Of a DNA stretch of 64,000 nucleotides, positions 24,892 through 38,219 are shown piece by piece; the first letter of the stretch is position 1; each line of letters opens with the position of its first letter. The DNA is from Octopus sinensis (Eukaryota). Location: NCBI RefSeq assembly GCF_006345805.1, contig NC_042999.1:47306001-47370000 (forward strand), given 5' to 3'. A program made the position numbers and the translations under genes. The notes below the pieces were generated by a model. The model saw only the letters and a program-made list of their open reading frames with translations, was not told the DNA's origin and did no database searches.

Positions 24892-25106
24892 ATATTGGTT
24901 TCAAATTTTGGAACAAGGCCGGAAATTTTAGGGGAAAGTCCAAGTGGATTAAATTGAACCCAGTACTCAACTGTTATTTATTTCATCGATAACTAAATGA
25001 CGAAAAGCAAATTCAACGAAGTCGGAGGAATTTGAAAAGAGAACGGACGAAATGCCGCTAAGCATTTCACTCAAAGTTGTAACAGTTCTGCCAGTTCATC
25101 GCCTTA
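24892..25106 (-). mobile_element. Decayed SINE (5535-type), tandem to previous copy
   Basis: attggtttcaaattttgg..gtcggaggaatttgaa..gccgctaagcattt..ctgccagttcatcgcctta. Confidence 0.75.
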
Positions 25107-25587
25107 ATGGATAATATAATATTGCTCTTCTTAATATATCAGAGTATCTAGGCATCCTTTGTATCAACGTCCAAATTTCACCTGGAACGATTTTACCATT
25201 ATTCATAGGTAAGGAAAGCAATTCGATTCCTCACTAAACAAAGGCAATGAAAGATTCTCTTCTGGTAGAATGATAAGGATTGAACATAATGTAGAAAATA
25301 TCAACTATAGTTATTTTTCCGTACATTGCTATTTTCATATGATTAATCTTTTTCCGTGACGCTGACTTAAAGCGATTTATCAGAAAAGATCGACATGTGA
25401 ACCTGCGCAAAGATGTGTACAATATATACAATACACACACACTTGGCTTAACAGCTCTCAATGTCTGTGTTACTGTTATTCTCCTTGCCCTGTCGTTTAC
25501 TGTTTATATTTTCTACTGTCTTTACTGTCCTGTTTTTGTTACCATTTTTACCTCTCCGCCAAAAATCTCAAATTTTATTTAATTTAC

Positions 25588-25798
25588 CTTTTGCGGGAAG
25601 GAATGTTTCAACGGAGTCGTGTCTCGCCTTCACCTTCGAACGCGGAGTAGATGAGACAGAGGCGACTGAAGAAGGGGAATTTTCCTTGTGTTGTATGTCC
25701 TGTACTCTATTTTTTCGTTGTTTAAGAAAAATGTCCATTTCCTGGGTTTTGTGTTTATGTTTTCGTTTCTCATTGCGTTCGAGGTTTTTTTTTGTGTC
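25588..25798 (-). CDS. Candidate exon (DTKKNLERNEKRKHKH..SPSSVASVSSTPRSKVKARHDSVETFLPAK), unknown protein
   Basis: 211-nt open frame of natural-looking composition, cag acceptor and AAG/gtaaat donor; phase-compatible with 26573-26625. Confidence 0.4.
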
Positions 25799-26572
25799 CT
25801 GTACCCATATATGCATGTATATATACATATAGATGTAGGTATGTACATATATGTATGTATATATGCATATGTTTTATTTATATATATACACGAATACATA
25901 TATATATGTACATATCTATATCTATATATACATATATATATATGTATGTGTGTATGAGTTTACATAAAACTATATATACACATATATGTACGTAATATGA
26001 TAGAGCAGGATTTTGTTGTTATACATACATATGCATTTCACATTAGCCTTCTCTTTATTATTTATAACGGTCATACGGTTGATATTACATGTTTCAATAG
26101 AGTTCTACTTTTGAACGTATGCTATTATATCACTTCAGTGTTACGTGAGCGGAAGCTAAGAGAAAAATGCATCCTACTAAAACAATAAGAAAAAATTAAA
26201 AAGCCAATAAATGAGATATTCTGATTTAATCCTATGGATAAATCTATAATGTGAGTGTTCGTAATCCATTGCCACATGAATGCACCATAACATATGAGAA
26301 TGTAAGAAAACATTATTGAAGAAAATATTCCTATGATACTTAGCTCGGAGGAATTCAATTACAGAACTATAGAACATATTAATTCTTTAACAATGTGGTG
26401 AGGATCACGAATAACGGTGAATAATCTCCAAAGAAATCTGGAAAAGATGTGATATTTCAAAGTAAAGGAAGCATAATAACTCTTCAGTAGGCACCTCCTA
26501 AATAGAGCATTGTAATGAGAGTGCTCGGTATTCTGAGTAAAGCACAGCAACTGTCCAAATATTATATCATAC

Positions 26573-26625
26573 CTGAACACATGCCGCTGGTAGATTTCTT
26601 TGGAGTGGTTTTCTTTCTTCCGTAC
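26573..26625 (-). CDS. Candidate exon ([17 protein letters not shown])
   Basis: tttgaatttag acceptor, CAG/gtatga donor, 53 nt phase 1 to 0, splices in frame to 25798. Confidence 0.38.
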
Positions 26626-26691
26626 CTAAATTCAAACGTACACACAATAGCACATATATTCAAATACACCGATAAACAAATATATATATAA

Positions 26692-26757
<66 letters not shown>

Positions 26758-26766
26758 GCACACACG

Positions 26767-26821
<55 letters not shown>

Positions 26822-28369
26822 TATATATATACGTATGTATGTATATATACATGTAAACTAGAGTTTTTATATATATAAGAATATATATACATATATACAT
26901 ACATACATACATATATATATGTAAAAGTTTCTTTGAAAATTACATATCTAATTCACAGTATATTACACTCTTTACTTAGATTAATCGATTAGTGGGGTAT
27001 GTTTCCAAGAGTAATAATTATATTTATGTTTGCTAGAAAATCTGTTCATAAGCTACATTATGGAACACTAAAGCAATATCATTTCCCACTTATTTCTCTT
27101 ATGAAACGGTTGCTCGACCGTTTCTTTCCGCTATTTCATGATAATATATTATGTCGGTATTGTTAGCGTAACAATGCCGAAAACATGACAGATGTAAGAA
27201 TTAGATAATACAGAAAACGTGTGCCAATACTCAAAGGTAGAAGATATAAAAAAATGTTAACATCTTAGAAGCTATTCTGAAAGATGAGAAATATATCAAT
27301 TTATTCTGGGAAGATTACAAATATTTCTGTAAGAAAATCACGAACCATAAAGATGTATTTTGCGTCTTCATCTCTATAGGTATCTAGCTGAAAGAAATGG
27401 TTTTAAATAGTTAAATTATACAAGAATGCGTTTAGGAACTTGATTATGATTTAATATATTTGGATTCAACTCACGAAAATAATTTGCAGAGCAAATATAT
27501 ATGTTCTATAAATATTATTATATTATCGAATATGGTTGTTGGATTAAAAACATTGTCCCTCAGAGAGATTTTGAACTCAATATCATCAAGTTTTGAAATA
27601 ACGTTTTTGCAATAGCTTATTGCTGCTCTTGCGTTTAAAATAACTCATTCGTTCATTTTTTGGGGGGGTGCTGTATGAAGCAACACTGAAGTTCACTTCG
27701 AAATCAAGGCGCTGTGTTTGATTATAGTGTAAGGTTTCTTGCATAAGAAATATTTAATATAGTTGGACTCAATCCATAAATTGTAAGCGAAATTGGTAAG
27801 ACTAAAATTATACACAAGCATATCCTTCGAATAGTACCAGTACTTCAAGAGCACAATTTAGTACCTTTCTCACATATATTGTACTTGAGTAATATATTAA
27901 GGGTATACTTGTCAGTGGAAAGCTCTGGCACCTACACACTAATCTAATAAGACAGGTAGTCCAGTTGATCGAACAACGGAAAGCTCTTCGAATATACTCC
28001 CCCATCAATGTAGAGGCCAGGTAACATTCAACAATACCGAATATTTTGTAAAACGAAATCGAATTATTCTGAGGTGCACAAAACAACAACTTACCAAACA
28101 AAAGAATATCCACTAACAATAAAACTATTTGTCCTCTATGCAATGATCAGGCATTTCAAACCACGATGTTACCGGTTGTCGTACAATAACACCTATAACT
28201 TATACAGCTGTGATCCGTTAATTCCATTTAACCACAAAGTACACAACAGACAAATTAGATTTTCGCTACCTAATTCTAAAGTATAAGTTATTTTTTAAAG
28301 TCATAAACACTATATGTTCAATAACAGGAGAGAGAGAAGTGGGGAGACACAAAACATAGACAAGTTTCT

Positions 28370-28850
28370 AAGGAAGAGAATAAAGAAATTACCGAAGCTT
28401 CCTGCATTTTTTCATAGAACTCGACCTTACCGTCAACGTCTTAATCTGTCTACAATATGTGGGTGGAAATAAAAAAACACTTCGGTTTACCTGGCTGAAT
28501 GTTGATGGCAGCAAATATTCAATGCCATGAATAGATCATTAATGATCCAAAAGTAATAGATCTTGGACTGGAGAACATTGAAATCGAGAATATCTTTAAT
28601 ACAAACATTAAGGTTAATCGAAGCAACAACAGTTTGTAAACCGAAAGAAAAAAAGCAAGCAAAGTCTTTACCTTTGTCACTCCAATATTAGAACATGTTG
28701 CAGAGACACCATAGGAACGATGCAGCAATGAAAAAGCATGAGAAGTGTTAGGAGGCTTTTGTAACAAATGGGAATATTCATGGAAACTCGAATGAAAAAT
28801 TATTATTCAGAAATATGTCTTGGCGATGACTTCGGTATGAAGATAACTAC
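28370..28850 (+). pseudogene. Possible piggyBac-like transposase C-terminal relic
   Basis: Broken frames give KRIKKLPKLPAFF/IELDLTVNVLICLQY..KKTLRF and ETRMKNYYSEICLGDDF, resembling the piggyBac FF.LLD...N segment and C-terminal Cys-rich motif; very degenerate. Confidence 0.3.
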
Positions 28851-28894
28851 ATGTCGGATATCATTAAGCCACTCCGTATTCATGTATGCTGCTG

Positions 28895-29312
28895 ATTGGT
28901 GTCACGGATCCAAGCTCGGCAGATCCACCCACAACAACTGCATGAGTATGTTTGTGTTATACTTGGCTTCACTCCGATACATCTCTTCTACCGTGCGCTC
29001 CTTTACTCTCTGCCGACACGAGAATTTGTATAAAATATGCTGGTAGCCTTCTAAAACGAAGCTTTTTTGTACCGCTTCTTGGACGCATCGCGGTTTCGAC
29101 ACTCAGAAAACAACTATCAGTAGAGCGCGATCTGTGTTAATTCATGGTCCACTATGCTGGAGACTTACCCTGCTCAACACTGCTGTGTGATCATACGAAT
29201 GCATTTGATACAGCTGGTCTTGGCTTTATTGAGGACATCTCTGTTGCTGATGCAGTCATTCTTGAGGGTATTTAATATGCTATGCAAAATGCTCATAGTT
29301 TTGAGCTGACCC
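28895..29312 (-). mobile_element. RTE-clade LINE ORF 3' end relic
   Basis: SILNTLKNDCISNRDVLNKAKTSCI..*AG*VS..QIALY..KKRYK..TYSCSCCGWICRAWI, matching RTE C-terminus (LRWAGHV..LYGEL..KRYKD..C..C.R.CR.RIGL). Confidence 0.75.
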
Positions 29313-29346
29313 TGCAGTATATAGAGGAAACTCACAAGGAACTATA

Positions 29347-29379
<33 letters not shown>

Positions 29380-29420
29380 CACCACCACCACCACCACTAC
29401 TACTACTAGTGGTGGTGGTG

Positions 29421-29454
<34 letters not shown>

Positions 29455-29479
29455 AAGCTGTTGTGTGAATTGGTAAAAG

Positions 29480-30100
29480 TATTAACACAAGAGCAATTAC
29501 ATCGCTAGCGTTTACAGAATGCCACCATAAAATGTTTGCAAGAAAAGACGATACATAGGCAAATGCTAAAGAAGCTGAAGTGATCGAAAGTAAATAAGTA
29601 CAATTCGCAACACACGCTGAGAGCCCGAAGTCTCATGGGTGCGATGGAAGCAATCTGGATTGCAGGGCATAAGCAAAGACAACCTTACACTTGAAACGAT
29701 CGAAGAGTATGAAACGGATTACTGTAAATACAAAGTACGTGGAGATGGGAAAGAAAAGAGAAACAACATTTTACGTACACTTGCGTCAGAAATTAATTAG
29801 CACTTCTCAAATTTCTACATTAAATAGGTTAAATCAATTAACCTATGAGCTGTTCAAAACGTCTTACGCGATGAGAAAACTTAGTATGGTGTGATTTCGG
29901 TCCTTGCGAGGCGCTACCTATATCTATTAAACAAAGGAAGATTTGTCTGCATCCGCACTCCAAGTTGTTGTTGCACTGCTATGTCAACATCATAAGGCTG
30001 TAGACTCTCAAACTGCTCTGCAAACAAAGTTACGTCATCGTTCTGCGCAACAGTGAACTCGCAACAAAGCAATAGTTCGAGATATGGCCACTAGGTGACA
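29480..30100 (-). pseudogene. Possible upstream RT part of the same RTE relic
   Basis: Minus frame ..DDVTLFAEQFESLQ resembles RT (Y/F)ADD block; separated from 28895-29312 by a (TAC/CAC) tract. Confidence 0.3.
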
Positions 30101-30529
30101 GCACATACCTTGAGTGAAGAGCAAATCAAGGGTGCTAATTAATTTCTGACGGTAGTGTATATGCACACACTTAGCTAAATAAAAACAAAACAATCGTGAC
30201 AGAATTGGGAATTAAATATAAAGAATGTGATACATTACGAAATATCAATTCAAATCACTCCCCTAAATCATGAAGAGAATTCAAGAATGACCGACGTAGC
30301 ATACTCTGGGGTTAGGTTAGTATTCACAACTAGTCCATGACATTACCCAGTCTTAACTTGTGCTTTTTCGACACTGTTTTCCCTCCATGAAGGATTAAAA
30401 TGCAATTTTGACATCAGCGGAATTTGAACTCAGAAGGCAAATAGACGGAATTTCATCACCTTTCACTACGACTACTACTACTGCTAGTTTTACTCCTTCT
30501 CCTACCACTCCTCCTCTTCTTCTTCTTCT

Positions 30530-30629
<100 letters not shown>

Positions 30630-30682
30630 AATAATAAATAATAACAATGATAGTAATAACGATGATAATAATAATAATAATG

Positions 30683-30741
<59 letters not shown>

Positions 30742-30821
30742 AATAATAAATAATAACAATGATAGTAATAACGATGATAATAATAATAATAATGATAATA
30801 ATAATAATAATAATAATAATA

Positions 30822-30855
<34 letters not shown>

Positions 30856-31764
30856 TTATTTGTGAAATGGCTTATTTTTAGGCAAAGTTGAAAATGTTTC
30901 AAGCTATACAAATTTGCATACCATTTTGAGAAGTGAACATCCATCTATGTTTTTTTAAAATATATTTTAAGCTTTCCTGCGTTGCTCACGATTATCCGCA
31001 GACATACGCCGTAATTGTGATAATCATTTAATAGTTAATATTATATAATATAGCAAAACATGTTAGTTTATATTAATACTTTAATGTAAATTCCATATAT
31101 ATATAATTTACATGAATACTCACAAAATTTTCTGTGGAAATAGAGCATGATTGTTATAATTATTTATATGGAATTAAAATTGTTTCTATTAGATTGAAAC
31201 AGAAGTTAATTTCGATCTTGATGTAATACACAGCCTCTTGTTAATATAACACATGTATATACTAGAAAATAGAAAACCATGTATTTAGGAGGAAATTAAT
31301 CACTTCACAGCAATACTTTAATTTCAATGATTCTAAAAACATAAAATATCAACACAGGAAATTACATGTTTATGTTACAACAGTGTTCATTTTCTATTTA
31401 ATATATATTATCAAGCACAGCAAAACAGCACTTTTGATATCTTGATACTATACCAATCTCAAAACAAGACACGTATTAAAACATAATAATTCGCATGTAA
31501 TTACACAAAGGCCAATATGCTCTCAGCTAAACATCATTATAAAAAAAAATCATGATGTGATTCGAAATTAATTTTGCTAAATATATAACAAGTAGAAATG
31601 GGGGAAATTAGAGAAAACAGAATAAAGATTACATCATTATTCCAGTCTTGAAGATATTTTCCCCGTAATATACTAATTAAATGCTGATAATAATATTTGT
31701 TGAATAAGTACAGCTATAAAGGAGAGGATGTTAATATAAATTGCAAGTAATTGTAATGTAGTTA

Positions 31765-32204
31765 ATTGAGGATCGTTATCGAAATCATGTGTGATTGAAA
31801 TGCTTCAGTTTATTAAACCTCTGCTCATCGAAGTGGTATGTGCGATTCTCATAAAGGGCGTGATATATATCTGATGTACGCATTCTCGTTGCATTTAATT
31901 TCACTATTCATACATATACATAGTGTGCTCATAGCCTAATGGTTAGAGTGTGGCACTCACAATTGCCAGAGCGTGCTTTCAATTCCTGAACCGGGTGGTA
32001 CAGTGAGTTCTTGAGCAAAAGAATTTTATCGTAGATCATCGCTTCCTTTGACATCTAACGCGTGGTAGCCCGTTCATCCGTTCAGGCAACGTAGAGTTGA
32101 TGGTGGGATTGAGTTAATGTGCATCACATACATTTGATCATTATAAACAAATCATTTGTGCAGTTTATATTCAGCAAAACAATTCTGCTTACGAGAGACT
32201 ATCG
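31765..32204 (+). repeat. Copy 1 of old direct duplication (unique flank + CORE-like SINE)
   Basis: Aligns with 34528-34985 including ~170 bp upstream of the SINE head (attgaggatcgttatcgaaa..cttcagtttattaa..gcattctcgtt). Confidence 0.85.
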
Positions 32205-32315
32205 ATATCACCATTGTACAAACATAGATGATCACACACCACGCATGCACAGATTTACATTCAAACATACACACGCACACACACGCACGCACGCACACGC
32301 ACACACACACACACA

Positions 32316-32346
<31 letters not shown>

Positions 32347-32550
32347 TATCAAGTTTCGTCTGTGAACAGGTCGCGATTTCAAAGCGACGAAAATATTATG
32401 ACAAATGAAATTAAATGTTGAAATGAAACTGACGTGTGTTCTTGGATGACTTGAAAACATCTTGCACGCTAGAAGTATTTATATATATATATATATATAA
32501 ATATTATTTGTATGTATATATGTGTAAATAAATACGAGTATATATGTATG

Positions 32551-32591
<41 letters not shown>

Positions 32592-32631
32592 ATGTATATA
32601 TATATATACATATATATATGTTTATATATAC

Positions 32632-32675
<44 letters not shown>

Positions 32676-32678
32676 ATA

Positions 32679-32756
<78 letters not shown>

Positions 32757-32814
32757 CACGAGTGAGTGGACAAACGAAAGAAGGGCACTCAACCAATTTA
32801 TTGGAAGCTCTACA

Positions 32815-33140
32815 TGTATGGATCAAAACAATTTGATTCAAATTCGTTGATACTCCTGAGGATAAATCGTGACACTACTCGTCTCCATTTTGACCTTGAG
32901 TGACAGCAGTTTATTGTCATTACCTTACGGTAGACTTTGATTGATGGAAGAAGATCATACAGTGATATGGTTTGATATTGGTTTATGGGTGACAGCTGGG
33001 TGGAAAATACCGCATGATGAACAGGAAATTGACCACGTGGAGGACAGGAAGTTAACCACAAGGCTATTAGAAGTATACCAGTTTCAAGTAGGAACGGGCT
33101 GCATGTGGAAGTATATAGGTCTATATGTGGGTGTGTAGAA
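32815..33140 (+). pseudogene. Cryptic Trp-rich ORF relic, inverted homolog of 33612-33925
   Basis: EEDHTVIWFDIGLWVTAGWKIPHDEQEIDHV vs EEDHIVSWFDYDKWITVGWKIQHGEHEIHHV; both end YVGV*. Confidence 0.55.
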
Positions 33141-33611
33141 GCTCTTAAACCTGTATGACGGCTAATGACTTCAAAGCGAGATATTCCCAGCATATGCACT
33201 CGTTCAGTCCAGGGACAGAAAGACCTTAACCTCCCTGTCTCGTTTTCTCTGAAGACTCCAGGGCGCTCCCATCTGCCAGCTCTGCCTCCGCGAAAACCTA
33301 CATATCCTCTAACAACCACAATACGATTTCTGGCAAATTTCAGAGCTCTGACTGAACGACAACACCGATACACCACCTTAGCACCAGCTGCTACTCTGCA
33401 CCGCCTGCAGCAAGGTCACCGCTACCAACCAAACCCATGACCAGGACCGCCATTTAGCAATCCCTGATGTTTACCAGCCATCAACGCATTCGAACGCGTG
33501 TATATATGTAAGTGTTCGTCGAAGCGCGTGTGTTTGTGTGCAAATGCGTGCACGCCCATGTACATATGCGAAAACCCGTATTAATATTCACATGCACGCA
33601 AAACTATATGA

Positions 33612-33925
33612 CCGCGTCTACACACCCACATATAGAACTGTATACTTGCACATGCCGTCCATTCCTACTTCCCACCAAAAACCTGACTGATTTCTAATTA
33701 CCACGTGGTGAATTTCATGCTCGCCATGCTGTATTTTCCAACCAACAGTTATCCACTTGTCGTAATCAAACCACGACACAATGTGATCTTCCTCTACGAA
33801 TCGCATTCCAACCTACGGTAATAACAATCAACTACTGTCATTCTAATTCCAAATGGCTGACGACTAGCATCACGCTTGAAACTCAAGGGTACCAACAGAT
33901 TTCAATCAAGCTGTTTTGATCCATA
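33612..33925 (-). pseudogene. Cryptic Trp-rich ORF relic, inverted homolog of 32815-33140
   Basis: Nucleotide similarity runs from gtatggatcaaaac to tatgtgggtgtgtaga in both copies. Confidence 0.55.
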
Positions 33926-33926
33926 T

Positions 33927-33987
<61 letters not shown>

Positions 33988-33989
33988 AA

Positions 33990-34130
33990 TAGTTAAAATT
34001 TACACAAGAACAAAAGACGACGAAGACAGGTGTATAAACAACAAGGAGGTGTAATAGCTTGACGCTTGGAAAGGTGAGAAAGTCTTTCACGTTTCGAGCC
34101 TACGTTCTTCAAGATAAAGGAACACATGCG
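33990..34130 (-). repeat. Copy of the 4610-4791 (TA)n-anchored family
   Basis: gacgaagacagg..gaaagtctttcacgtttcgagcctacgttcttc..aaggaacac. Confidence 0.75.
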
Positions 34131-34527
34131 CTCAAATCCCTTCTCATCTTCATCCGATTCCTCTCCTCTCCTCTTCACTTTTCATCTGACATCTACTTCC
34201 TGTTTTCATTCCTGCCAACCTCTCCTCTCCTCTCTTATCCTGACACCTACTTCAAAATTAATATCGTTCACTAGATGACAATGGCACTCATCCTTTAATT
34301 TTGACTCTATATTTTCAGGTGGAGTTACCTCAATCATTTCTATATTAACAACAACAACAAGAACAACAATAATAATATATATGTGTGTGTGTGTTTAATG
34401 TACGTCAAATGTAGATTGGCAATTTTAGACACAGAGAGGGAGAGAGGGAGACGAGAGGGAGACGAGAAAGCCCACACTCAGGGAAGGAGAATGAGAGAAA
34501 GTGAAGAACGAATATATATACACCGAG

Positions 34528-34985
34528 ATTGAGGATCGTTATCGAAAATTTGATATATTTTAAGTCATCTGTGATGGAAACGCTTCAGTTTATTAAGCGT
34601 CTGATCATTTAATTCCTATATGAATTGCTTGTACAGAGCGTGATATGTTTGATGAGCGCATTCTCGTTCATTTAGTTTAATTATTTATAATTATGCATCT
34701 TGTGCGAGTAGCCTAACGGTTAGAGTGCTACACTCACAATCACGACAGCGTGGTTTCAATTCCTGAACCAGGTGGTGCAGTGAGTTTTTGAGCAAAACAT
34801 TTTATCGCTTGCTTCCACACCTAACGCGTGGTACACAGTGCATCTGCTCAGGCAACGTCGATTTAATGGTGGCAATGAGATAATGTACAGCATATGCATT
34901 TGTTTACTATAGAGAAAGCATTTGTGCAGGGTATATTCAACAAAACACTGCAGAACCGCCTGTCTCGGCCTACGAGAGACTACCG
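34528..34985 (+). repeat. Copy 2 of old direct duplication
   Basis: See 31765-32204; shared end tacgagagacta. Confidence 0.85.
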
Positions 34986-35612
34986 CGCGCGTGTGTGAAT
35001 TTATTGATATTAGTGTATATTTCATCATTATATCTTGCGGAATATATGTAAGCAAGCGTGTGCCTGAAACCTCTTCTCATCGCACGCTTCTTCTAAACAA
35101 CTTATTTAACAAGTAACAATTTGCAGGCACAGAAATAACTTTACTAATGATACTTAGTAAATTTGAACCCATTCTTTTATCCTCTTAGCAAACCGATTGA
35201 GTTCACTGAATAGGAAATATGACAAACATAAACTATAAAATACAAACGATATGCACTATCACATACCATATAACAAGTATACAGCCTGATTCTCATTTAG
35301 AATATATTTTAAAAATATTGTTTTATCATTTGATTAAGGCGTTTGAGTGATATTACGCACCTATAAGTACGTTTTATTATCTTTTTATGAGAAATAATAT
35401 TGTAATTGTGATTAATAGTACGCTACTATTTCATCAAAGACAGCGACGTGTGTTATCATATTTGGTGATGAAACAGTCTTGTCGAGTAGATATATTCTTA
35501 GAATCATTTATTTTTCAGTATGCTTTGGCATCTAGATACACACACACAAACACACCCACACATTCACACACATTGGCAAAAATACCCAATTGAATACACA
35601 AAAACGCATGTC

Positions 35613-35705
<93 letters not shown>

Positions 35706-35706
35706 A

Positions 35707-35746
<40 letters not shown>

Positions 35747-36078
35747 GACCTCTATATATGCATATATATGTATATATATATAGACATATATGTGTGTGTA
35801 TACATATATATATATATGTATAGATGTGTATATATGATAATAAAAATAATATATAAATATATGCGTATATACATACATATATGTACATACCTACATTTTT
35901 TTGATGCCCTGTAGACATATATGCATGTATATATATGCATATATATGTATGTAGATATATGTATGCATATATGCATATATTTGTATATTATTTATATTAT
36001 TATGTGATCGAACGCCAACGCATTTCCATGTATGTTTTATCTACCAATCAATCAATCAATCAATCTATCAATCTATCT

Positions 36079-36114
<36 letters not shown>

Positions 36115-36118
36115 ATAC

Positions 36119-36177
<59 letters not shown>

Positions 36178-36186
36178 TTATATATA

Positions 36187-36249
<63 letters not shown>

Positions 36250-36448
36250 TCTTGTTAATGGCGTGTAATGCATGGAGGAGGAAATATACAATATACAATA
36301 TACTATAAATAACAAAGATGACTATGTTGACGATGATGATTATTTTGATAATGCAATTATAATGGTAATGATATTACCAATAACAATGAAAAGATCTTAA
36401 CGTGAGAGTGTAGCACAGGATAATAATATATTTATATATATACATATG

Positions 36449-36495
<47 letters not shown>

Positions 36496-36967
36496 GGATA
36501 TATTCGTATACACAAATGGAAATATACTTATATATATATGTGCGTGTGTGTGTGTGTATGTGAGTGCATGCAAGTATGTGCACATATATGCATCGCGAAA
36601 CGAGCGAGAGAGAGAAGGAGAGAGATAGTCGCAAATTTTAAAAAATGCTATGATTAAGCAAAATGTCCCCAAGTTGAAGGAGAGACATGAATAAATATTT
36701 GAAAGACGGAAAACTAGAAAATGACGCTCAGAAAATAAGTTAGTTGTGGAAATTTGTATCCTTTTGGGAATTTCCCGGTGTGATTATGTGTTTTGTAATC
36801 TAATATTCTTAAATATATTCAGGAAAATCAACTAGTTTAGTTGCTGTGTGTTAAACATTCGTTTTGTTTTTACCGATATTTTGCGTGTATAACATAAATT
36901 TATCAGACTCATTTAAAACACCAAATTTTCTATCAGAAATTTTACAGGACAGAACAATAGCCACCGC

Positions 36968-37042
<75 letters not shown>

Positions 37043-37139
37043 CATAATCATAATAATAATAATAATAATAATACTAATATTAATAATAATAATAATGATG
37101 ATGATGATGATGATGATAATAATAATAATAATAATAATG

Positions 37140-37175
<36 letters not shown>

Positions 37176-37289
37176 CTCTCTCCGTCTCTCTCTCACTCTC
37201 TTTTGTCTGCAAGGATGCTCCTCCGGTTCTCCTTAAAGGATGATGTTGCATCACCAGTTATTTGGGACAACCTAATATGTACAGGCCGG

Positions 37290-37495
37290 ACTAACGTAAC
37301 GATTCCTTGGGACTTTCCAGTATATACAAACCGGATCATCAAAGTAAAAGACCCATATATTGTTGTAAAAGCCCAAAACAAAAAGTCTGTTTATTGATTG
37401 ATATGAGCATACCCTGTGATCATAATATCTAAAGAAAAGAAAACCTGAAAAAATATAATGATTTGTTAATCGAAATCGAAAAGATGTGGCATCTC
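37290..37495 (+). mobile_element. R4/Dong-clade endonuclease fragment
   Basis: TIPWDFPVYTNRIIK..PYIVV../LLIDMSIPCDHN..KKYNDLLIEIEKMWHL; lies between (TAA)n tracts. Confidence 0.75.
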
Positions 37496-37496
37496 G

Positions 37497-37612
37497 AAAG
37501 AATAAAGGTCAAAGTCGACCTTGGTGGAATTTGAAGTTAGGACCTAACGGTAAACCATATAAAGCTTATCATTTCGTCCGGCGTGCTTACGATTCTGCCA
37601 GCTCGCCACCTT
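37497..37612 (-). mobile_element. SINE 5' half (5535-type)
   Basis: aaaggtcaaagtcgaccttggtggaatttgaa..cggcgtgcttacgattctgccagctcgccacctta. Confidence 0.8.
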
Positions 37613-37627
37613 AATAATAATAATAAT

Positions 37628-37676
<49 letters not shown>

Positions 37677-38219
37677 TTAATAATAATAATCCATTCTAAT
37701 ATATGGAAAAGGCTTGAAATTTGGATTTTTGTGGGGACTCTGAAATGATGAAAGGCAAGGTAAAGATGGACAAAATACTGCTAAGCATCATCCACTAAAC
37801 ATCGTCTGCCTTAGCATCAACAATAACAACAGTAGCAGTAGCAGTAGCAGCAGCAACAACAACAACAACAACATTAACCATCTTAATTTCCATATCTACA
37901 GAATATACAAAGCCATAACATGTTTTCTTACAACCTTAAAAGCCTTGCCTTAATGCAAGAATATTGCAGAGAATGAAGTAATATTTAGAAGAAAACATCC
38001 TGGTTGTTGAAGGAAAGAGTGGATGCTATCAAGAATAATTTGCAAACAGGTTTTCAGCAACAAACAAAAGAGGGTATTGGAAAAATAAAGGCCATCCGCG
38101 TTAGAAGAATATGCCAAAGAGACTCGCTATTTGTCCTTTCCTTTTCTCTCTGGACTGACGTTTTTAACTGACATGCTAACCAAAACTGAGATGAACAAGT
38201 GACAGTGAATGCGCAAGAA

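Noticed and set aside
26125-26560. Hydrophobic minus-strand frames suggesting a mitochondrial insertion (ND1-like YLGG)
   Set aside because: Stops remain under the invertebrate mitochondrial code and no continuous match to a mitochondrial protein is recognisable.
27808-28143. 111-aa minus ORF with a signal-peptide-like start and GTAAGT donor
   Set aside because: No in-frame ATG, no homology recognised, expected by chance in 64 kb.
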